A stretch of DNA of 64,000 bases from Daphnia carinata (taxonomy: Eukaryota): assembly GCF_022539665.2 (NCBI RefSeq), contig NC_081331.1, positions 2,728,001-2,792,000 of the forward strand, read 5' to 3'. A program made the position numbers and the translations under genes. Under the pieces are notes generated by a model that searched no databases, was not told the origin of the DNA, and saw only the letters and a list, made by a program, of their open reading frames with translations. Positions 1 through 23,461 of this stretch are shown piece after piece; within the stretch, counting starts at the first letter, position 1, and the number at the start of each line of letters is the position of its first letter.

Positions 1-374
1 CGACTGTTATTTTACTCTGTGTGGATTTCTATTTGGCTAAGAAAATGGGGGAGGGCAGAAGATTGTAAGTGGCTTCTTAACCTTGCCAAGGACGTCTGTG
101 TGGCCCCTCCTGCTTTTTGGTTGATAGCTTGGTGACATTGTACGGCATGGCACACACCATTGAAAGCTCATCAACAGATAACAGGGGAGAATGGTGGACA
201 GTGAACGGAAAAAAAAAACCTTCACCTTCTTCGTCATGTCCGAGCCCTTGTTGTTAATGGTCTCTGTCGTCATTAATAGCTGACGGCCACCCATGACACC
301 AGGAAACGCGAGACGCTCGTTATGGAAAGTTAATTAACAACCATTCACTTCGGCTTTACTCTTTTCATTGCACA

Positions 375-411
<37 letters not shown>

Positions 412-2727
412 AAGAAATGCAGCCCCCGGTAAACGACACAACGAAATAAGCGAAAGAAAATCAAATGTTTGGCAAAACACACGGAAACAAAATTGCAAAA
501 TTCCATTGCAACAGAGTTTGCCTTGTTGTTTGCTCTTCTTTTTCTTTAAGGGGAAGCCAAACAAGAAAGAAAAGAAAAAGATTGACATGCAAAAAGGGTG
601 GTAAACTCACCTGCGAAACAGTTCAATGGCGTCATCCAAAACTTCTTCCACTTTGTCGACTTATTTTCTAAGTGTCACGCCGAAAAAGTCAACTGTGGTC
701 TTTGTGTCTGTTGAAGCGGTCAACGGGATTGACAAAGGACACACCGACGCTCATTGGCTTTTGTTTTGGTTGTTTGTTTTTTTCAACGTTCACACCGTGT
801 AGACATTCTTCATTTCGATTTCAGTTTGAACTTGTTTGTCGTCTGATTGCTCCTTTTTCAACGTGTTCGTCAAATCGACAGACACAGCACAATAAACACC
901 AAAACAATACACAATCATAAAAAGAAAAAGAAAACTACAGCAATCAGTAAAACAAACCACAGGCACACATCAAGCACACACCACCCCACTAAGCTTCTCT
1001 CTTGTGAGCTGTCTGCTGCTGTCTGCTGGAGCCAAGGCAAAGGTTTTTCGTTTCTCATTGCTGCTCCCTAAGGCTGTGCGGGCTATGCTTACCTGAAACG
1101 TTGCCAAGTCGCTTTTAAACAAAATTCGATAGCGCGCGCTCTTGCAACAAGGTGTAGCTTGGCTAGTTTTCCCTCCCGTTTTGAAAATCGATCCCTCCTG
1201 GCGTGTTCTCTTTCCACTCCCCTTCCAATTGAACGCTCCTGTAACACTGGAACATGTATCAAATAAAAACAAGACGACCAACGCCCTTTGTATGCTTGCA
1301 TCTCGCTAAGTAACAAATGGCCGCGTGGTCTCCCCTAATGCCCTGCGCGAGCCTCTAGTTGTGACCGAGAGAAGTTCCAATACCTATGAAAAAAAGAATC
1401 CTTAGAAAGGATCATTTTTTTTTGCCCAGTAAGAATGACGTCATAGCTATACGATTACATTGGCATATCAGCTGAAAACGAAGACTATTACGCAATTAAG
1501 CGTGGGCTTCTTGTCTTTCTTACGACACACGCACAAGGTGGGAAATATGATAAAGAGTGGCAATTTTTAAAAAGAAATTCGAAAATCAACGCAAAAAAAA
1601 AAAAAAAAAATTATTCGTTTAAAACACAATGACTTCCTAGCGGCCAAATCGAATGCGAAAAATTGCTCAGCATTGTAGCATATAGTACTATTATTTTATG
1701 GGTAATGTGTTGTGTAGAGTTAGGCTGTGTATATAAGGCAAAAAAACAGAAAATGTATATAAAAAGATTGTTTCATCAGACCAGACACATTTTTTTTTGT
1801 GACAAAAAGCGCAAATCATATAATTTTTCCTTTTCACCTTGAACCCCCCAGATGAGAGAGAGAAAAAATTTACGAGAACAATGAGACACAGCTTGTTATT
1901 GGTTGTTGTTGTTGCAAAAAAAAAAAAAAATCAAATTCAAATCAAATGCTCGCAGACACAGAGAGAGATAGAGAGAGAAAGAGAATAGACACGACACATG
2001 ATTGGCATCCATTAACAAATTTTTTAAAAATAAAAATGAAGGATGTAAAAAAGGCGAAACGTAATAGAGAGGGAGAATAGTCAAAAGAATTGGTCGTCTG
2101 CTCTGCGGCGGGCTCTACAAAATGTGTGTGGCAAAACAAAACAAATTTTTAAAATATATTTTGTGGCAGTGATTTTCTTTCTTTTCTTTTTTTTTCTCTC
2201 TTTTCTTTTGAAAGTGTTGTTGCGCTGTCGTCAGACCCCCCACGCCAAAAGTATAATATGAGAAACAGAGAGAAAAGAGAGAGGAAAAAAAAAAAAATGT
2301 TGAAATCTTTTTCGCTTAGGTTGTACACATCTACATATTCCATCAAAGTAATTTCTTTTTTTTTTTGTGTTTTTTTTGTTTGAAAATATTTTTTTTTTTG
2401 TCTTTTATTTTTAGGGGATGTGTGAGTGACATTATTTTGTTTCCACTAAAATAGCCCGACCTATCTATAAATGTGTCATTTGAAATCACTCGGTTTGTGT
2501 AATGTATGTGTTGATTTTTCTTTGATAGCGAAATAACAAAAAAAAAAAAAAATAAAAACAATAAAACAAGGTGTGGTCAATCCATGAAAATCTAAAAAAG
2601 AGACAAAGTCATTCAGAGAGAAAGTGAGGGAGAAAAAAAAAAAAAAAGAGAGAACGGTGGCACATCGAATCGTCAAGGAGAGAAATGCGAAAAAATTTAA
2701 TGGAAAGAAGGTGTTGTTGTGTCCGTG

Positions 2728-2770
<43 letters not shown>

Positions 2771-3307
2771 TTTCTCTTCGTTCATGTCGTGAGAATTTCT
2801 GAAGAAAAAGAAAACCATCAAGGCCGCAGTTGATTGAGAGCGTATGTTTTGTTGGATCTACGTGTGTGTGTGTTTCTTTTCGGTCAATGAACGTCAGTCA
2901 GTCAACAGTCATCCGGAATCGGGAACCAGAAAGGATGTTTGTGTGTTTTCAAAGCGTTTTTTTTTTTTTACGAATATTTATAAAGGGGAAAAAAAAATGG
3001 AAGAAGAAAAAAAAAAGACATGAAAAAAAAAACCGGTGAGGAAAAAAACAAAAACAAAAAAAAAAGATAAAGAAACCAACCATAAATCTGAATGGTTTAT
3101 CATCTTGCGCCGGTTGATTTGTGTGTGAGAGAATAGTTTTTTGTTTTCTTCCACTGGGTGTGTGTGTATGTTTGTAAATATGTCTGTGTGTGTGTATGTG
3201 TGTCGTCGTCATTTTTTTTTTTTTTTGGCCCGTTGTTGCTTTGTCGTTTAGTGGTGATGGTTGGATTACGTTGATGGGCGTTGATTTCGCTGCACAAAAA
3301 AACTCAA

Positions 3308-12445
<9,138 letters not shown>

Positions 12446-15090
12446 TCTCCGTACCTCTCTCGGGTCGGAGGGACTTTAATGCGATTAAAGTCCTGTTGAC
12501 TCCAGTCCCCCACAAAAAGAGACTGTAGCTGTGGCACGTCAGAAACTGTGTGCTTCCGTATAATATCTAATCGAACTGGAACGGGATTCCAGCCTCCGGA
12601 CGAAATTTTTTAACCGCAGGAAAAAAAAAAAATTTGAAAAAAAAAAACGGAACAACGGAAGGTCCAACCAAACACTAACGAATCGGTCAAATTCGATCCA
12701 ATAGAGAGATAGATTGTTAGGTAGGCAGACAAGAAATGTTAGTAGAGGATAGGATTGGAGCGAGAGCGACTCCCTCGACGATATCCCGGGCTCGATAGAA
12801 GCAACACTGAAGGCGCTTAACCGCCGAAAACGACTTTTTCAAAGCTGTTTGAAAATTCACGACGCCGCGCGAACTGGTCAGCCGCCCGCCACAGACGCAA
12901 CGGACGCGACTGAGCGACTTGGACTTGATCAATGAGCGGATCGGATACAAGACCCCCGCAGCACCCCCGAATGCGACAGGACAACAACACGAGAGCAGCG
13001 AGGAAGGAGGAGCGGGGAGGAGGAGAATGAGAAGAAGAAAAGAGATGAAGACGAGGAAGAATAAGAAGAGGAAAAGACGAATGTTAGTCTGGGGTGTTCT
13101 GGTCAAGGACCAATCGGTCACACTGTAGCCGCGCGTCCACAGCAGCACTAGAAGCAGCAACAGTGGTGGCAACTTTTGTCAAGTGCCGCAGCAGCATCCA
13201 ACACTGGCACCATCGGTGAAACAACTGCCGCTCGATTCAGTCCTCTTTTCTCTAAAAAGCTGGAACTCTTTTCCCTGTTTTTTTTTGTTTTTTTTTTTTC
13301 TTTTCGTCTGTTTCTATTTTTTTCCTTTTTCATCTCCCCTCTCTTCTTTCGTGCTACGTCTCTCGTCGACTCGATATTCTCATCTTCTTGCCCTCGCCTT
13401 CTCGTACAATCGCTTTTCGGAGGTAAAATCCTCAAATAGGCCGATGGGGTCGCCTCCAGTCCCATCACCGTCAACCTATCGGGCAACAAACAAACAAAAA
13501 AAAAATCCTTTCTTAGGCCATTCAACTCGTTTTTTTTCTTCCAGGCTCTAAAGTCGGTTGCACCACCCACGATAGGTCGTTGAAATGATTACCAGAAATC
13601 CCGGTCGGCGGCTGATCTACGAGAAACAGCTTTATGGATGGTAGAAATGAATAGACATGAAATATTAGGAATATGGTCCGACGCAATGATCAACCAAGCA
13701 GCTGCCTCTGGCCTTGTCCATTAATGAGCTAAGCAGAGATTCGTCTTGAAAGAGTTCTTTTTTTTTTTTAGCGACCCTCATCATCAGGCAAATGCGGACG
13801 AACCGAAGAGACCCAGAAGAAGTTGCGGATCTTATCTCTGTACAGAAATGAATTGAATCCCGACAGCTAGCGTTTCTTTGCTGCAAGCCAGAACGCTTGG
13901 CGTTGTGCTGCTTGAACTTTGTCCATCGCGCTGCTCCTCCTACCACCATACAGCGATTCTTGATCAATTCAAGCAAAAGATGGCCGTCTAAAATCTTCTC
14001 GGCCAGGAGTCTTGATTCGGTGTGCAAGGCGCAAAATTCATGCCGTTGCTGAACGATAAAAACATAGAAGGAAACAGAAGCGGGAGGACGGACATAAATG
14101 TCTTAAATTAATGTGCCAACGATGATTTCAATCCTTGGCAAGTTGGAAACAACGATTCGATCTCATTTTTCATACTGCGTCAGATGCTTTTCTTCTTTTC
14201 CTTTTTCCTTGCAAAAGAAAAGTTGTACTTCTTTAGTTGGCGCAATGGCTGGCCTCGAAGAATGTTCAGTCTTCGATCTGGGACGGTTGAAATTTTTTTG
14301 CGGTTACCCTACATTCATGTGCTACGAAAGCTGAATCGTCATTTTGCGAGACTGTTCGTTGATTGTTTATCAAACTTCAATTAAATCAGCTCTCCGCCTT
14401 TCCTTTCGTTCTTCAATACTACACCCGAAAAACCGAGTTACTGCAGCAGCAACATCCAGACGGACTTTTCAAAAAAAAAATTTTTTTCAGGGTAACGCGA
14501 TACTTAACCACACACACACAATACTGGACGTGGACGGACCATGTGTTGATAGCGCGACGACCGACGAGAAAAAGGAGCCATTAGAATCCTAGCAGATGTT
14601 CCTCGATTGAAATCTGCGGCCAAATCGGTTGAAGAAAGTTCTTGAAAGTTCTGATAAATTGATGAAATTTTGCGCTGTCTCTTAAACAAAAAAATGTCAT
14701 TGGAAGATTTAAGTTAGAACACACTAAAAAGAAATAATAAAACGGTTACCCTGATTTGGAAATCCGGCATCATCTGGCGGGTGTTATTGCAAAACGCGGA
14801 TTTTTCATTGAGCAAGTTTTAAAAGATGCAAAGCCCAATTTATTTTTCCAAGTTGATCTCCTCCCAGCCGCGTTGCGATTTACTTGTGGAAAGTGTGTAG
14901 GGGGAAATAATCAACATTATCCGAAATCTGTTTAACAGACTAGCTATAACGCCAATGACGTCAACTAAAAAGAAAATAATAGAAGAAAAAGTCGTCAGAT
15001 TTAAACAAACAAGAGTTTTGAAAAGAAGAGTAAAAGGACAAAAACAAAACAAAAAGAAAAAAAAACGAGAAAGGAAGTATATACACATAC

Positions 15091-15132
15091 AGACACACAC
15101 ACACACATACACACACATATATATATATACAT
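15091..15132 (+). repeat. (CA)n/(TA)n compound microsatellite
   Basis: Visible dinucleotide runs. Confidence 0.7.
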
Positions 15133-16406
15133 ACTCACAGTTAAAAGTAGTGCAGGACATTGCAGACGTAACCAAAGCCAGGCCGCCGTTTTTCTTTTTT
15201 TTTTTTCTCTTTTTCTTGACGGGAGGAAAGGATAGGGGGATTTAAGGCGCGGCGGATGGGAAGAAGAGCTGATGGGGTTGGCCACAAGTAATCGTACCAG
15301 GTCGCGAAGGTTATCCTCAACCGAACGCCAGAAGATGGGGCAGCCCATACTCGCTTTGATTTCAGTTACAGCCCGCCTTTTGCCTTCCATCCGCCAACCC
15401 GCCACATTAATACTGCGCGCTATGCCGGCCAGCCATCGTTCTAGCAAGAGGTCTGCCACAGTTCATACCATCATTCGACAAACAAACACACATACACGCA
15501 CACTCGTCCTCAAGAGGCGAGCAGACAAAAAGCCATGGAGAATTTTTTCTATTTAACTGGCTGTTGGCATGAAACCTCGACTCGGCACTATGGGAAGATT
15601 GGGACGAGAAGAAGAAAAAAAAAAGACACGGCCCCGAATTCATTAAAAAAGGATCGACCGACAAGTATCTGATTTTATCATTAGATAGGGCAGCTCCTGC
15701 TTTTCATCTCGCAGACGTCCTTCAAGAGGAGTTTTCCTCTCGACACACTCACTCTCCCTTCTTTAGAACGGATAGGAGTCACAAGACGGCCAGTCATCAT
15801 CTGGAATGCCATTATTATTCAACCCAAAAAACAAGGATTATTGTTATTCAAACGGCGCAGTCATAGATTCATTCTATCTGTCTCGTTATTGCACACGACA
15901 GAGAAAGACAGAGTGAGAAAAAGGGAAATAGTGCGTGATAAAGAGATAGCATAGGGTGAGAGAGAGAAAAGCCACTTACCATTCCTTATTATTAATCCGT
16001 GTGCCGCACTTCCATGGCTCCATTTTTGAAGGCACTTTAAGATGGCCAGCCCAGGAAGTTGTGCAGACACAGGGCAAGAATTACCGACATGTCATACTCG
16101 ATTTTATAACTTGGGCACGCGATCTGTAAGGGCTTAACCATACAACCAATAACAAACGATGAATGCGACATCACATATGGTTAGCGAAAGACTGCTGCCA
16201 CTTGGGGTTGGCCTAATACGAAAAGTTACTTGATGAAAAACGAGAGTTGCTGTATAGATGAGGATAAGGCTGTACGAATGAGAGATTTTGATAGACAATT
16301 CAAATCATTGCAAGAAACTGATTCACTAATCGGGAAAACGGAAATGTTAATCCGAACGCTCCATTACCAAAGCAGTTCAGTTAAGTAGTCTAAATTAGAC
16401 ACCCAG

Positions 16407-18919
16407 TTACAACTCATCCTTTGAGCGAGGAGGATTTCGCATGAAATCGACAATATCGTCTGCTTTTCGCTTCCTCTCGTAGGCCGATAAGTTGGAGCCT
16501 TTGTAGAAATAACGGATGGTTGGGAATCCACGAATTTCGAAGCGCGTTTGAAGACCAGTTTGAGCTGTGGCGTCAACGGTGACTAGCTCACCAGCAATAT
16601 TCATCTCTTTCATCTTCTTGGCTGCCAATGCGTAGTCCGACTTCATGGACTTGCAGTGACCACACCCTGTAATCAGAAATTAAACGTAAGACGATTTGAA
16701 ATTGGCAATTTTTCATGATCTTCCTATCTCCACACTTACAAGGAGCGTAAAACATAACAAGCACGGAATCTTTCTTTTTGACAAACTCGTCAAAGTTACT
16801 ATCTGTCATGTGGTGTAAATACGATGAACCATCCAAGCCAGTCCACTCTTCCTCTGGGCTAGGAGGTGCAGGAGGCAAACCATTTTTCGGGTTGTCAGGA
16901 TCCTCCATGAAAGAAACAAAGTCGGATTCCTAAAACATAATGACATATAAGATGAATTTGTTACGCTGAAATACACATTGGGAACAATTACTGATCTCCC
17001 TCCGCTGTAGGGTCGGCTGTTCTTTAAGTAATTGAAATAAATGAAGCTGGGAAATCCTTTGACGTCGTAAACTTTGCATAACGCCTGTTGGACCGTGCAA
17101 TCAACTGCAGCCAAGACGACTTTGTAGTCGTCTTTTAAACGTGCGGCAGCTGCTGTATATTCAGGCTTGGCTCGTTTACAATGCCCGCACCCTGAGACGA
17201 ACGCAGCAGAAACCATTTATCATACAATTGCCATACAAAAGTAGCTTAGAACTTACAAGGAGCATAAAACATGACCAATGCATGTTTAGTTTTCTTAAGT
17301 GTCGATTTGAAGTTTTCATCGTTCAAATGAACAACATCTGAAGGCTCTTCACTCCAAGGCTTCTCTGGTGGAGGAGGTGGAGGTGGTTCCTTAGGATCTT
17401 TCATGAAATCGACGATTGGACCCTCTTCCCTCAGGGAAACATCGAATGCCACTTCACCGTTCTTAAAATATTTGAGCGAAGGGTATCCACGAATCCCGAA
17501 GCGGCTACCGAGGCTACTCTCTTTTTGAGCATCAACGGCAACAAGTTTGCCAGCAACTCCCATTTCCTTGAGTTTGGTGGCTGCCGCCATGTACTCGGGC
17601 TACGTTATTTCAAATAATATCATGGATATAAAAATAGATAAATAATGGCAGATATACAGATTAAAACAAAAAATGGGAATCAAATTTACGAAAATATTTT
17701 ACCTTTATCTTTTTACAGTGGCCACACCAAGGGGCATAAAACATCACAAGCGCTGATGGTTCGCTTTTTAAAAATTCATCGAAGGTAGACGTAGTCAGGT
17801 GAACGACATCACTTTCCACGTCAGACCATTCGGGTTCCTTTGGCTTTTCCGTGGGTTGCGTAGGGTTTCGCATAAAGCTAACAATCCCATCTTTATTGTT
17901 GTCACCTTCGTAGCTGAATTTCATGGCACCATTTCTACAATCGCGACAAATTTGTTGAATCTATTAGGTAAAAAACAAAAAAAAAAGATCACTAACTTGA
18001 AGTATAAAAGAGTGGGAAATCCTGTGATGTTATATTGTTTTCTAACAACAGAATTCTCTGGCCGGTTAACATCAATGGCAGCAAGAATTGCCTGGCCCTT
18101 AAGGTCTGTAGCAGCTTGAGCATAATCTGGCTTCATTTTCTTACCTAGGAATTTCAAAGTAAAATCAAATCATCGAAAATAGCTCTTAGGATTTACTCAC
18201 AGTATCCACACCAAGGTGCATAGAACATAATCATGATGCCTTTTTTCTCCTCTTTTCGTAACAGTTTTGCTAGGCTCTTTAACAGAACAAATCATTTATT
18301 ATAATTTAGCACATGAGTAAATATATTCCACATACCGATGGGTTGGCTAGATGAAAGACATCTTGTGATGAATCTTCTTCTTCCCATGGGGCATCACCTG
18401 ATGGATCTTTCATAAAGGCAACAAATGAAGTGACCATCTCTTTCCTGTCGTAATCTTTGTGATATTCCCCATCCTTGTAATGTTTCAGTATATAAGGTTC
18501 CGGTTTTATCTTTAAACTCTTACAAAGCTTTTTCCCTTCACTGTGCAAGAAAAAATTAATAAAAATGATCATAGCTAAATTCAAGGCGCTATTCTTACCC
18601 TCCACAATCAACTGTAACAATTGTCCCAGTTCCACGAACTGCCTCAGACACTTCAGTTAATTGTTTGATGACATTGGAAGACTCTTTTAGAGATTTTGTA
18701 AAGCAAACTAATACACTTGTTCGCGTTTTTAGAAGTTTTTTGAACTCTTTCAAGTCAGAAACATCATCGAGGGCGGATTTCTGGCCGGCTTTTTTCCCGC
18801 AACAGCCAAAGACCAACATGGAAAACACCTATTTACGAATTTATCAATGATTAAATTGGTCCAAGTAAACAAAAGAAACATTATGAAAAAAAGCTTACAA
18901 AAAACACCGTGAACTTCAT
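16407..18919 (-). CDS. PDIA5: Protein disulfide-isomerase A5-like
   Basis: Repeated thioredoxin domains with MFYAPWCGYC/WCGHC motifs, an N-terminal non-catalytic Trx-like domain, a signal peptide and C-terminal SKDEL. ATG at 18919. Confidence 0.9.
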
Positions 18920-20000
18920 ATTATGGCGACGTCAGATTGAACTGAAATTTTGTTTCAAAAAATCTGTTAGATGGACGTCATCCTTCAAACCCTAGGTCAC
19001 TCATCAGTCAAAGAACCCGGCTACACATGTGGAAAGATCCACCTGGCGGATGCAACTTGCATTACTCCGACAACTGGCGCCGAAATTTGGCGCAAGTCGC
19101 AAATCGCAAAACTAAAACACGGTCATCCTAAAAAAATTGCGAAAAAAGAAAAGAATAAGAAGTGTTGATGCCCGACTTCAAAATTCGCCAAAGGAAAGAT
19201 TTCTAGTTTTGAAACAAGATTACAGATTTTGTCTTTGCTTTTCTCAGTATCTGAAATAGACAGAATATTGCTGAAAATTTCTGTGCGTTACTTCTTGACG
19301 ATCGTTCGGACACAAAAGGTTAGTATAAAAACTCATAGCAAAAAGGTGCTAGAAAACTAGAGGATAAAAATAATATTATTTTTTTTTTTTGGCAAGGTAA
19401 AATTTTAATTACTTCATGGAATTGGAGAGCGCGTTCTATAAACTCAGCCAATGTACGTTCCCAGGCCAATGGCTGCATACAAAACAAATTTTAAATAAAT
19501 GTGCAAAAAATTGCGGTTATTTAGTAACGTGAAAGGGTAAATCTTGCGAAGGCGTATTAGGCAATTTTAAGGAAAAACGTCCAGAGGATAATTATGAACA
19601 ATGTTTAGTAGTATAATACGAAGGGACAATCGCAAATCAGCTACGCTTAAAGCTTGCCTTAAATTGCTTTCTTCAAGCTCTTCAAACAAATTAGGCTACT
19701 TGTCGTCTATGGAAATTTTGGAATGATGTTTCTTTTTTTAAAACCCAAAGCTTCATTTCAAGTAAGATTCCCCACTAGTCTTTAAATAGATTTTTGTCCA
19801 TACAACAGTAGGGAGTTGATGATGCAATGGCTACGAAGGGTCATCGTAAGTACAAAATTTCTTCCAGATTATAATAATTGACAAATCAAGTACGCGATTG
19901 AAAACGGAGAAGAGGTAGGCATTCCAAAATAAGCAGCTTATGTTAAGTATAGCAATTTTTTTGTACAATGAAACTAGCTTTTACAGAGGCGGATGTGTAC

Positions 20001-20008
20001 TATAAAAG
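20001..20008 (+). promoter_or_regulatory. Putative TATA box of the CHH/ITP-like gene
   Basis: TATAAAAG upstream of a likely non-coding first exon (donor at about 20088, acceptor at about 20184). Confidence 0.5.
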
Positions 20009-20215
20009 CTGCTATCGTGTTTCGTTTTACCGTAGAAGTTTCTAGCATCTTGGCGAAGAAAGATACTTTTATTTACAATTACAAAAGGTAATACGATGTG
20101 AATTTCTTAACGTAATCTGATTACTTAAAGTTCGACTTAAAAAAAGTAAAAAGGCAGCTAATATTTGTTATTTGTGAGACGCAGGTACGACGTGCCTTTG
20201 AAATCTTACATTGTG

Positions 20216-20729
20216 ATGGCTTTTAAATTATCGAATCAACTCACCGTTGTTGGACTGCTGGTCGTGGCGATGGCATCTGCTACTACTGCGGAGCGTCCGT
20301 CCGGCCTCTCCATCTTTCCGCATCCGCTTTCGAAGCACTCTTTTACCGAAATCAGCAAATGTGGTGGTGTTTACGACATGAATATTTATGCCGAATTCAC
20401 TGAAATATGCTGGGATTGTTACAATCTCTATCGTGAACCAGAAATTTATCGCGGGTGTCGGTAAGAAAACTGCAATCTTCCTATCATTAAGAGCAGAATA
20501 ATTTAAAAATTATAATAGCCAGATAAACTCATTGAAGAAATATACCAAGTTTTTTTGGTTGTTTTTTTTTATGTGATTGCTCCGGATGTACTTCGACAGT
20601 AAGGACTGCTTCACTTCCGAATATTTCGACGGGTGTTTAGATGTCCTGCAAAGAACTGACAAAAAAAGTAAAATTTTAGAGGGCTTATCCGTCATTCATC
20701 GACAGATGGAATCACGCAAGGAAAAATAA
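20216..20729 (+). CDS. CHH/ion transport peptide (ITP) family neuropeptide precursor
   Basis: Exons 20216-20460 and 20600-20729. Signal peptide, then HPLSKH-SFTEISKCGGVYD...ICWDCYNLYREPEIYRGCR|KDCFTSEYFDGCLDVL. Six cysteines with CHH-family spacing and the typical intron after C4-R. Confidence 0.88.
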
Positions 20730-21848
20730 TGTCGACAAATTTAGGGGTAAAAATTATGGTATTTCTTAATTGTAAGGGCCTTACAAGCTAAGCTGACTGA
20801 AATTACAATTGCATTTTTTATAATCGCATTCCAGGGCCCAATACAGAACACCAGAGTTACGGCCTCCTAAAAAAAGGACACAGAACACGCCACGTCTCGA
20901 AGCTTCAAATGATGCTTAGCACACACATCACTCGAACTACTATTCCCATTTTACTTGTAGTATCCTTCTGTGTACTTTACATTTTGTTTTTGAAAAAAAT
21001 GTTGGTATTATGATATTGCATGCTCAGTTTCGGACAAATCTCTATTGCGCGAATTCGCATGTTTTACACGATACTTTTTACGCAATTAAGTGCATTCCAC
21101 TTCGTACACAGCGTTAAAAATATAGAGAACAGGCTGCTTCATCATGCCACGGGCTGCTTGTTTAATTGCATCGCTTTTAAATTTTGCTTTTTAGAGTTAT
21201 TCGAGAAAAGTATATCGCTGTATGCTATTATTTTGTCAGCAAGTAAAAAAACAAACAAAACATTGGCTTTCAAATTCCTTAATTAGCGGATACTGTGCTG
21301 CGGTCATTTGTATTTTTTTCACCTCCAGTTTTGTTAACGCAATGAGGTGTTTCAGCTTATCAAAATCTATAGGTATCTATTAGACTAACAGTAATTTCAG
21401 TTTTGCTATGAACACTGGCATTAAAAAACAAGAAGCAAGACGTTGAGAAGTAATTGTAGGTTGCAGACCTGCGAAATGCGAAAGATTCTTTCAATATTTC
21501 CCGCAGCCATCACAGAATACCGTAAGTTTGTGCTTGTCAGAGTAACATAGATGCCAGATGGTAACATTTCACAATTCTTAATTTTTAAAGCTTTTCTTCA
21601 TATTAATCAGTACCGAGTGGCACAATGTTTTGAGATTCTTATTACGATAAAAAATGAACAAAGTACTTGTAAATAAAACAAAGTTTAAAACATATTTCAA
21701 CAGAAAATTGGTACATGTGGTCTACGTCTACTCTAGTTTGACTTGACTGACGGCAATTTGTTTTGTTGGAATCGGTACTGATTGTTGACGTTTACAAGTG
21801 AAGCTTTCAGTTGACAATTTACGAAAAAAGTGAAGTGTGACATCAAAC

Positions 21849-23461
21849 ATGTCATGTAATTATGCCGATGGGCTATCACCCTATGAGGATAAAGGAAAAC
21901 TTGGAATACCAGAGGTATTTCAAATTCCATACATATTGAATTTTGAATGGTTTTCATATTATGTGAGTATTTTGCCATTAATAGAAATTTGACAGCTTGG
22001 AAGAAGTTGCTGGAAAGATCTTAATTTTATCCAAATGGATAAAAGAAGCAAAGCATGTAGTCATGCATACAGGTGCTGGGATAAGTACACCAGCAGGAAT
22101 CCCAGATTTCAGGTATGCCAACAAGAAAATGATGGAAATTTTGTTATTGAAAGAAGGAAACAACAATGTATGTGTGTAAATTGTTTAACAGGGGCCCCAA
22201 AGGAGTGTGGACATTGGAGAAAAAAGGCTTGAAACCCCAAATAAATGTCTCGTTCGATGATGCAGAACCAACGTTCACACATATGGCAATTATTGCCTTA
22301 TTCCAGAAAAACTTTCTTCATTATGTAGTTAGTCAAAACATTGATGGTCTTCACCTAAAATCAGGACTGGATAGGTCAAAACTTTCTGAGCTTCATGGAA
22401 ATATGTTTATTGGCCAGTGTAGCCTTTGTTCTAGGTATGCCGAGATCAAATTCGGCCAGTCAAGAAGGATAAAAATCCTTTCAGTATGAAAATACCTTAC
22501 TTCTTTAATGAATTTTTTTTTTTACTTTCAAGACAGTACATTCGGCGAAAAGCTGTAACATCTGTGGGTCAAAGAGAATTGCCTGTTGACTGTCCTGCCC
22601 TGAAAGGAGGGAAACTGTCATGCAGAGGAAAGCTACATGACACAATACTAGATTGGGAACATGAACTACCAGTCAGGGATTTAGGATTGGCCGATATCCA
22701 TTCAAAGTTAGTAATCTGTCCTGCATTGTAATTTGATAGCATGCTAATAATTTCAATATTTTAACAAGTGTTGCGGATTTGAGTATTTGTTTGGGTACCA
22801 CATTACAAATTGTCCCCAGTGGTACATTGCCGTTAGCAACAAAGCGTAAAGGTGGCCGCCTTGTCATCATAAATTTACAACCAACAAAATGGGTATTTAC
22901 CACATACTATTACACATCTATAACAAGTGCATTGCTTTCTTTTTCTAGGATAAAAAAGCAGATCTTGTAATCAATACTTATGTCGATGACGTTATGAAAC
23001 TATTGCTCAAAGAATTAAACACTCCTTTCCTGCCTTACGATCCGAAATGCGATCCTACTCGGCAGCCACTTAGCGAAAAAGAAATGTGGCAAGAAGAATT
23101 TACTAAACGAGAATGGACGCTAGCACCGCGTGTTGTTAACACGACACGCAAACGACTCTCCCACTTGGAAACTAAAGCTCAGCCAAAACCGAAGAAGGTG
23201 AGGCAAAAACATCAAGAGGAACCGTCTCGCAGTCAATTAAATAGTCCAGGTAACTCTGGTTGTCGAGGCGAAGGCAGTAAACAAATTGATATGGCAGATC
23301 CCGTCAAAGTTGAGCCAGCTGAAGAACAGTGCAATGGATTGAAAGAGCAACAAAGAGGTGACTACATAGTTACTGAGCAGATCACAGGGAAGAAGTTAAA
23401 ACAAGAAACCATCCATTTGCAAAGCGAAAATGGGGAAGTTCAATCCACCACGAACTTATAG
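21849..23461 (+). CDS. SIRT6: NAD-dependent deacylase sirtuin-6
   Basis: [68 protein letters not shown] and NLQPT motifs across spliced exons. Confidence 0.95.

Noticed and set aside
1..3300. Lys/Phe-rich short ORFs
   Set aside because: They are products of homopolymer runs. The minus-strand donor-like sites at about 610 and 1092 may mark UTR exons of a gene off the left edge, but this cannot be supported.
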